Shown one piece after another: positions 63,732 to 64,000 of a DNA stretch of 64,000 nucleotides. The notes beneath the pieces were generated by a model. That model was not told the DNA's origin and did not search any database. It saw only the letters and a list, made by a program, of their open reading frames with translations. Made by a program: the position numbers and the translations under genes. Each line of letters opens with the position of its first letter. Positions within the stretch are counted from its first letter, which is position 1. The stretch is from an uncultured bacterium (GTDB lineage Bacteria > CSSED10-310 > CAZUFC01), in assembly GCA_964619725.1 (NCBI GenBank), contig CAZUFC010000001.1, forward strand, positions 32,001 through 96,000, in the 5' to 3' direction.

Positions 63732-64000
63732 TTAATCGGCAGTGAGCGCACTTTTAATCTTTATTCTGGTCAAGCAAGCGGATATATGGCGCTTAATAGG
63801 TTCAGAGCGATCATAAAGCTCAAAAATGACCTTATATATCCCTTCAGGCATCCGATAAGGCGCTCTCACGACATAACTTTCTACTCCGCCTTTTCCTATT
63901 CCAGCGAATGCGGGATCAAAACGGCGACGAAGAAATATTCTGTCATTTTTCGATAAAAGTATCGCAGGCGTCTTTTCCTCAATTGCATCGACTGAACCGG
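63732..64000 (-). CDS. 3' end of an unidentified CDS entering from the window edge
   Basis: Open frame from 63998 to TAA at 63732 (..APYRMPEGIYKVIFELYDRS..LTAD*), translated by hand. Confidence 0.5.
   Translation of the reverse strand, partial: GSVDAIEEKTPAILLSKNDRIFLRRRFDPAFAGIGKGGVESYVVRAPYRMPEGIYKVIFELYDRSEPIKRHISACLTRIKIKSALTAD

Overview
This is a 64-kb chromosomal segment of a diderm, probably anaerobic bacterium; I cannot determine the lineage from sequence alone. Positions 1-20 kb hold a large multiheme cytochrome c locus: a ResB-type maturation gene, seven multiheme cytochromes (62 canonical CxxCH motifs by my count), two NHL beta-propellers, a probable outer-membrane barrel, two small membrane proteins, two sigma54 promoters and a sigma54 activator. 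Two of the cytochromes are small OmcE-like paralogues, so the locus looks like a cytochrome-nanowire / extracellular electron transfer system. Positions 20-39 kb encode large secreted proteins (CapA-like, M14, C25, C11 and two beta-repeat paralogues). Three of them share an unnamed ~110-aa C-terminal domain behind a Pro/Thr linker, and both clan-CD proteases lack the catalytic His. The remainder carries a ZAS anti-sigma fusion, TamB plus an Omp85 protein, a collagen-like protein, a GT-C-like/TPR protein, an eighth multiheme cytochrome, a PaoABC-like molybdoenzyme, a radical SAM protein and RNase HIII. Intergenic DNA contains a 230-233 bp tandem array and several dispersed palindromic elements, and local C/G skew flips at several of these sites. 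I saw no rRNA, tRNA, CRISPR array or transposase.
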